Origin: Planctomycetota bacterium
Lineage (GTDB): Bacteria > Planctomycetota > PLA2 > JAEUHO01
Direction of reading: 5' to 3'
Length of the DNA stretch: 64,000 nucleotides
NCBI GenBank assembly: GCA_965222115.1
Contig: CBDCTJ010000007.1
Coordinates: 928,001-992,000 of the forward strand
In this document: in pieces, positions 59,671-64,000 of the stretch
Layout of the letters: each line of letters begins with the position of its first letter
How positions within the stretch are numbered: the first letter of the stretch is position 1
Notes under the pieces: model-generated
Databases searched by the model: none
What the model was told of the DNA's origin: nothing
The model's input: the letters and a program-made list of their open reading frames with translations, nothing else
Program-made: the position numbers and the translations under genes

Positions 59671-62487
59671 CTACTTCTTGCCTGGTGCCTTCTTTTTGGC
59701 GGCGTCCTTTTTCGGCTCGTCTTTACCGCCGCCTTCGTCCTCGTCTGCTGGCCCGGCCTTGCCCATGAGGGGCGAGAATCGGTAGTAGGTCTCTAGGGAG
59801 AGAATCGACATCGCGGTGCTGAAAATGCGCCCACCGTTGAATCGTGCGGTATCCGGATCCCACGATCCTGCGAGTTCCGGGGGCGAGAGGCGCTGCTTCT
59901 CTGGGTACATCTTACGGATGCTCTGATTCCACTTTCGCCAATACTTCCCTCCCATCTGATGCATGGCGAGCGTCCCGTAGTACCAGTAGTAGTGATACCA
60001 CGTTACCGTCTGAACGCGCTCGAGTCCGTTCATCCACTCCGGGATGTAGTCGGACAGAAGATTCGCGCTGCCAATCATGTAGGGGTGGCTTCGCTTCCAG
60101 CCCATGAAGAAACGGCAAACCATACCGACCGATGTCATCGACACCTTGCGCAGTCCGATTTTGTCCGACTCTTTGAGTTCTAGATAACTTGTGATGGATT
60201 TGAAGTATCGGCGTGCACCAACTTCGTAGGCGAAATCGCTGGAGAGGTCTTCCAGCACTTCTACTTCGCCCGTCAAGTCATACGAACATCGGGTAAGCCA
60301 GTCATCGACGCCGTCCCAGCTCTTTTGGCTAACGTCGAGCCCAACCAAGTCGGCCATCTTGGTCGTCATGAGCACCCAACTTGTGCAACTCGAATCGCTC
60401 TGGAAATAGCGTGGCCCGTAGCGCCATCCCTTGCCCGGCGTTTGGACGCGAACCAGGTAGTCAATGCCCCATTGCGAGGGCTCCATAAACTCTTCGTCAC
60501 CGGAGATACCGTAGCACTCCGTTATTCCCCAGTTGGCCATCGCGATGAGGTACGCGTATATCCATCCACTGTCACCGCCACCCGTTACGGGAAATCCGCC
60601 GTCGTAGAACTGCGTGGCACACAAGAACTCCACGCCGCGGCGCACCACTTCCCGATATTTACCTTCCGACGATGAATATCCGGCGCCGAGAAATGCCAAC
60701 ATGGACAACCCGGTGTATGCGGGCTCGCAATTGACGACGCCGCCATACCCCTTTTCGTTTCCGTCCCACGTGCCGAGAAGGTGTTGTTGTCGCTCAAGCC
60801 AGCGCAGTCCATTCTCCACCGCGCGTTCCGTCCGCGGCGTCAAGCCGTAAAGACCCTTCTCGAGGGCCTGCCGTCGGTTCTCCTGTCGGTTGAATTTGGA
60901 CGCGCGTGGGTAAAATGGATGTTCTGCCTTCGCGATCCATTTGTGCCAGACGTCCTTCTTTCGACCGAACCGATGACCGGTCAATCGTTCCAAGGCGAAT
61001 TCAGCTTCTCGTTTTGCTGCTTCGTCATAGGCGTAGTCGGTGGCGATTCGAAGGGCTTCATCAAACGCCGCGCGTGTGCGTATGTATCCAGATACGCGGA
61101 TCGCTCGCAAGTCGCGCTTCGAGGACTTTCTGCGCGGCTTCACCGGAACCACGATTTCTTTGATGGCTCGCGTGGGATCGACGCCTTCCAAGGCGCGGGC
61201 CGCAAACATGCGTAACGCCCTGTCGTCGGCATGCACAGCAATACGCGCAACTCGATCATACGTGTCTTTGGCGCCAAAGAGTCCGGCCAGTTCCAGCGCC
61301 GTCAATAGAACATCATCGTCACCAGAACTCACGAGGCCCGGAAGTGCCGCCAACAGTAGCTTCTTCGCGCGCGTGCCGAATCGAATGAGGCCCTGGCGTG
61401 CCGCGTCTCGCACTTCCCACGATTTGTCGTCCCGGACAATCTGAATAAGGCGCTGTATGACGCCATCGGGAACATCCATTTTCGGTGAAGCGAGTTCCGT
61501 CTTTTTCTTTGACTCCACGACGTCGTCGCCCGTGACCACGGCTTTGCCGTTAGCGCCTTCTCCTCGTGCGGGCCGGCCCCGCACCACGCGCCACGGCAAG
61601 CGTCCCAGCGCGAGCACGGCGGCATCTCGCAAGTCTTTGTTTCCCTGAGCTCGCGATAGCGCGAGGAGTGAAGTGACATCCCGCAGCGTTGACAGTTCCG
61701 TAATGGCCTTTAGGCACGCATTCTTGGTTGCTGGTTTGGGGTTCTTCTTCAGAATGTATGCGAATGTATCAATGCCTCCCGTGTACCCCACGCGCTTGAG
61801 GGCCCACACGGCATAAAGCCCAGCGTAGTCGCTGCGATCTCTTCGAACCATTTTGACGAGGGCTTCTCGGCAAGCGGTCTCGCCGCGGGCACCTGCGGCG
61901 GAGGCCGCAGCACAGCGAATCTCCTCAGAACGGCCACTCAGCCCATCCAGGATGGCCTTTCGTGACTTGGCAAATGTGGAGGGATTGTCCGATTTGAGAT
62001 TGCCGGCCATGAAGAGTGCTTCAGCTTGCACCCGGGGCGATCGGCGCCCACTGGCGAGATAGGCCATCGTGTCATCGACTAGTGGACTTGCCCAGGCGCC
62101 GAATACGCGAGCAAGATTGAGTTGCTTACGTAGTTCCTTCCCGCCCTTGATCGTCCGCTTAAGCCATTTGGCAAACGCCTTGCTCTTAAACAGCGTTTCC
62201 ACGTTCTCTTGGTCGAGCGAAGCGATTGCGTCGCCGCATGCAACGGCGAGATGCGGCTGCACGTAGTCCACGCCTGCCTGAAACAATGCGAAGGCGGCCT
62301 TGTCGTTGCGCTTCTGCGAAATGCTTTGAATCGCCGCATAATTGGCGTCGGCGTCATTGGTTTGGAGTCGCTTGAGCCATTTGTCATCCTTGGCCCGTGC
62401 AGTTGAAACGAGAAACGCAGCCATGACCACAAGCAGTGCCCATGCCCCTGCCCGGGTCGCCAATTGAGTTGCGCGCATAGTGCTCAC
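59671..62487 (-). CDS. Secreted HEAT-repeat protein fused to a prenyltransferase/squalene-cyclase-type (alpha/alpha)6 repeat domain
   Basis: HEAT units, then AVENGLRWLERQQ...GTW, TGLSMLAFLGAG, GIDYLVRVQ..GKGWRY, YYWYYGTLAMHQMGG, GSWDP, GGRIFSTAM...LETYYR. Confidence 0.9.
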   Translation of the reverse strand: MSTMRATQLATRAGAWALLVVMAAFLVSTARAKDDKWLKRLQTNDADANYAAIQSISQKRNDKAAFALFQAGVDYVQPHLAVACGDAIASLDQENVETLFKSKAFAKWLKRTIKGGKELRKQLNLARVFGAWASPLVDDTMAYLASGRRSPRVQAEALFMAGNLKSDNPSTFAKSRKAILDGLSGRSEEIRCAAASAAGARGETACREALVKMVRRDRSDYAGLYAVWALKRVGYTGGIDTFAYILKKNPKPATKNACLKAITELSTLRDVTSLLALSRAQGNKDLRDAAVLALGRLPWRVVRGRPARGEGANGKAVVTGDDVVESKKKTELASPKMDVPDGVIQRLIQIVRDDKSWEVRDAARQGLIRFGTRAKKLLLAALPGLVSSGDDDVLLTALELAGLFGAKDTYDRVARIAVHADDRALRMFAARALEGVDPTRAIKEIVVPVKPRRKSSKRDLRAIRVSGYIRTRAAFDEALRIATDYAYDEAAKREAEFALERLTGHRFGRKKDVWHKWIAKAEHPFYPRASKFNRQENRRQALEKGLYGLTPRTERAVENGLRWLERQQHLLGTWDGNEKGYGGVVNCEPAYTGLSMLAFLGAGYSSSEGKYREVVRRGVEFLCATQFYDGGFPVTGGGDSGWIYAYLIAMANWGITECYGISGDEEFMEPSQWGIDYLVRVQTPGKGWRYGPRYFQSDSSCTSWVLMTTKMADLVGLDVSQKSWDGVDDWLTRCSYDLTGEVEVLEDLSSDFAYEVGARRYFKSITSYLELKESDKIGLRKVSMTSVGMVCRFFMGWKRSHPYMIGSANLLSDYIPEWMNGLERVQTVTWYHYYWYYGTLAMHQMGGKYWRKWNQSIRKMYPEKQRLSPPELAGSWDPDTARFNGGRIFSTAMSILSLETYYRFSPLMGKAGPADEDEGGGKDEPKKDAAKKKAPGKK

Positions 62488-62520
62488 TTTCTACGAATCG
62501 ATGCGGCGATGGGTGCGATG

Positions 62521-63810
62521 CTAGCGTTCGCCACCGGCGGGCACACGTTTGCGATCGGGTTGGCGATCGGGTTTGCCGCGGCGCTTCTCGGTTTTGCGAC
62601 GCTTCGGTGCGGCGGACTTCGCCTTCTTCTTGGCGCGTAGGGCTGCTTGCTCTGCTGCCTTCTTTGCTTTGATGGCACGCTTCTTGATCGCGGCCGCGCG
62701 GGTCTTGGCGTCGATGGATGACGTGTCCGCAAGGTTCCTCGTGAGCACGGCCTTCAACAGTCGTTCGATGGAGGCAAGACGCCGCTCAATCCGCACCGCC
62801 GAATCGTTGTCGTGACCTCGATGTGCGTGCTGCTCGTGCTGATCTCTCTGCCGAGGGTGTTGTCGATCGTCATGGCTCCGATGGCGTCCTTCGTTGCGCG
62901 CCGGGCGCCGATGTCGCTCACGATCGTGATGTCGATCGTGTGCTCGATGTTGATCGTTCGCCATTGGGTCCGGGCGCTGTCCACGTCCTCGCCCATCGTG
63001 GCGGCCTCGTCGTTGACCCTCGCCACGGCCTCGTTGCCGGTCATGTTGTTGATCATGGGTTCGGCGCTGCCATTGGTGGACCAAGTCCCGCAGTGCACGG
63101 AGCTCACCACGCAATTCTCGGTTTTCGCGTTCCAAGCGTTGCACGCGCCGTTCCATGGAAGATGAACCGGTGGACGCTCCTCGTTTCGTTTCGCGTCGAA
63201 GCATGACACGCGGCGCCGCAGGCCGACGACGACGAAGCGCATCGACGTCGCCTAGTTTCACGTCGGGGACGAGCATGCGAAAGCGCCGGTCGGCGTATGC
63301 GCGCACTGCCGGACTGACGGTGCGTGTGTGCTTCACCACACGGGGTCCGCCGTCGTCTTCTACAATTTCATTCTCCACGATCTCGACGTCTACGGTCTCA
63401 TTCTCGCCTAGGTCATGCTCGTGGATCGGTGCCTTCCGCTTGATGCGCGCTGCAGCATCCACGCCATTGAAACGCGTTGCGAGACGTGTGACGGCAGTCC
63501 GCAAATGATCCGACGCCCTTTGCAGGTTGGTGGAACGACGCGCCGATGTCGCTACGCGCTCCCTTGTCGCATCGAGTTTGGCCCTCAGCTCGTTCGCGTC
63601 GCGGCGCGAACGAACCAGCGAGGCAAACGCGTCGATCGACCGCTCAAGTTCCGAAACGTGACCGCGCATCGAGTCAATCGTTTTGGCGAGGTCGAGCACG
63701 TTAGCGCGGGTGACCTGGTTGGACACGGCCGGCTCCTCGGCCACGGCGGACTGAAACCCGCCGAGCATGAGCCCGCCTACCATCACAATACCGATTGCAT
63801 GCTTGATCAT
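62521..63810 (-). CDS. Secreted coiled-coil protein with His/Arg/Asp-rich and Lys/Ala-rich low-complexity regions
   Basis: 429 aa with signal peptide (AVA-EE) and heptad segments; GGGAG SD upstream. Confidence 0.75.
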   Translation of the reverse strand: MIKHAIGIVMVGGLMLGGFQSAVAEEPAVSNQVTRANVLDLAKTIDSMRGHVSELERSIDAFASLVRSRRDANELRAKLDATRERVATSARRSTNLQRASDHLRTAVTRLATRFNGVDAAARIKRKAPIHEHDLGENETVDVEIVENEIVEDDGGPRVVKHTRTVSPAVRAYADRRFRMLVPDVKLGDVDALRRRRPAAPRVMLRRETKRGASTGSSSMERRVQRLERENRELRGELRALRDLVHQWQRRTHDQQHDRQRGRGEGQRRGRHDGRGRGQRPDPMANDQHRAHDRHHDRERHRRPARNEGRHRSHDDRQHPRQRDQHEQHAHRGHDNDSAVRIERRLASIERLLKAVLTRNLADTSSIDAKTRAAAIKKRAIKAKKAAEQAALRAKKKAKSAAPKRRKTEKRRGKPDRQPDRKRVPAGGER

Positions 63811-63933
63811 CGTTTGTGGCTCCCGTCGAGGTGGTCGCGAATGACGCTTACAATCATAGGGACCCTTCCCGCGAATGGGGCGGCCGGGCGCGGTGTCCAG
63901 CCCTTTGGCACGTATGGAGCGAGTCGTAGGTCA

Positions 63934-64000
63934 TGCGTCCCCTCGCCGCCACGCTGCTCCCTACCGGCATGTTGGTACTCATGCTGTGCGTCGCGTGGGC
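63934..64000 (+). CDS. Probable start of a secreted protein running off the window
   Basis: MRPLAATLLPTGMLVLMLCVAW, a signal-peptide-like stretch open to the window end. Confidence 0.4.

Overview
GC-rich, gene-dense bacterial chromosomal segment. The content points to a Planctomycetota-type genome (inference): several HEAT-repeat proteins, HEAT+VWA fusions, a HEAT+prenyltransferase-repeat protein and large membrane-anchored carboxypeptidase-regulatory-like repeat proteins. About 50 CDS and one tRNA-Ala(CGC) are present; no rRNA, CRISPR-Cas, integrase or transposase was seen. Recognisable genes include ric/ytfE (partial), ligA, a divergent pgk, a fatty acid desaturase, a bacilliredoxin, CvpA, an M19 dipeptidase, a site-2 protease, two AAA+/VWA pairs, three ABC modules and a GT2/HD-GYP/PilZ trio. 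The most unusual observations are: (1) an AT-richer islet at 12.2-13.2 kb with its own sigma70-like promoter, a 52-aa Gly/Trp-Asp micro-lipoprotein missing from the ORF track, and a secreted protein whose C-terminus resembles animal CTHRC1; (2) a full-length NifB-like protein lacking all Fe-S cysteines, with no nif genes nearby; (3) a PGK with many altered substrate-binding motifs; (4) a degenerate secretin-like protein; (5) a bacilliredoxin plus Sm-fold gene pair. All family assignments come from motif recognition by eye and from memory, not database searches.
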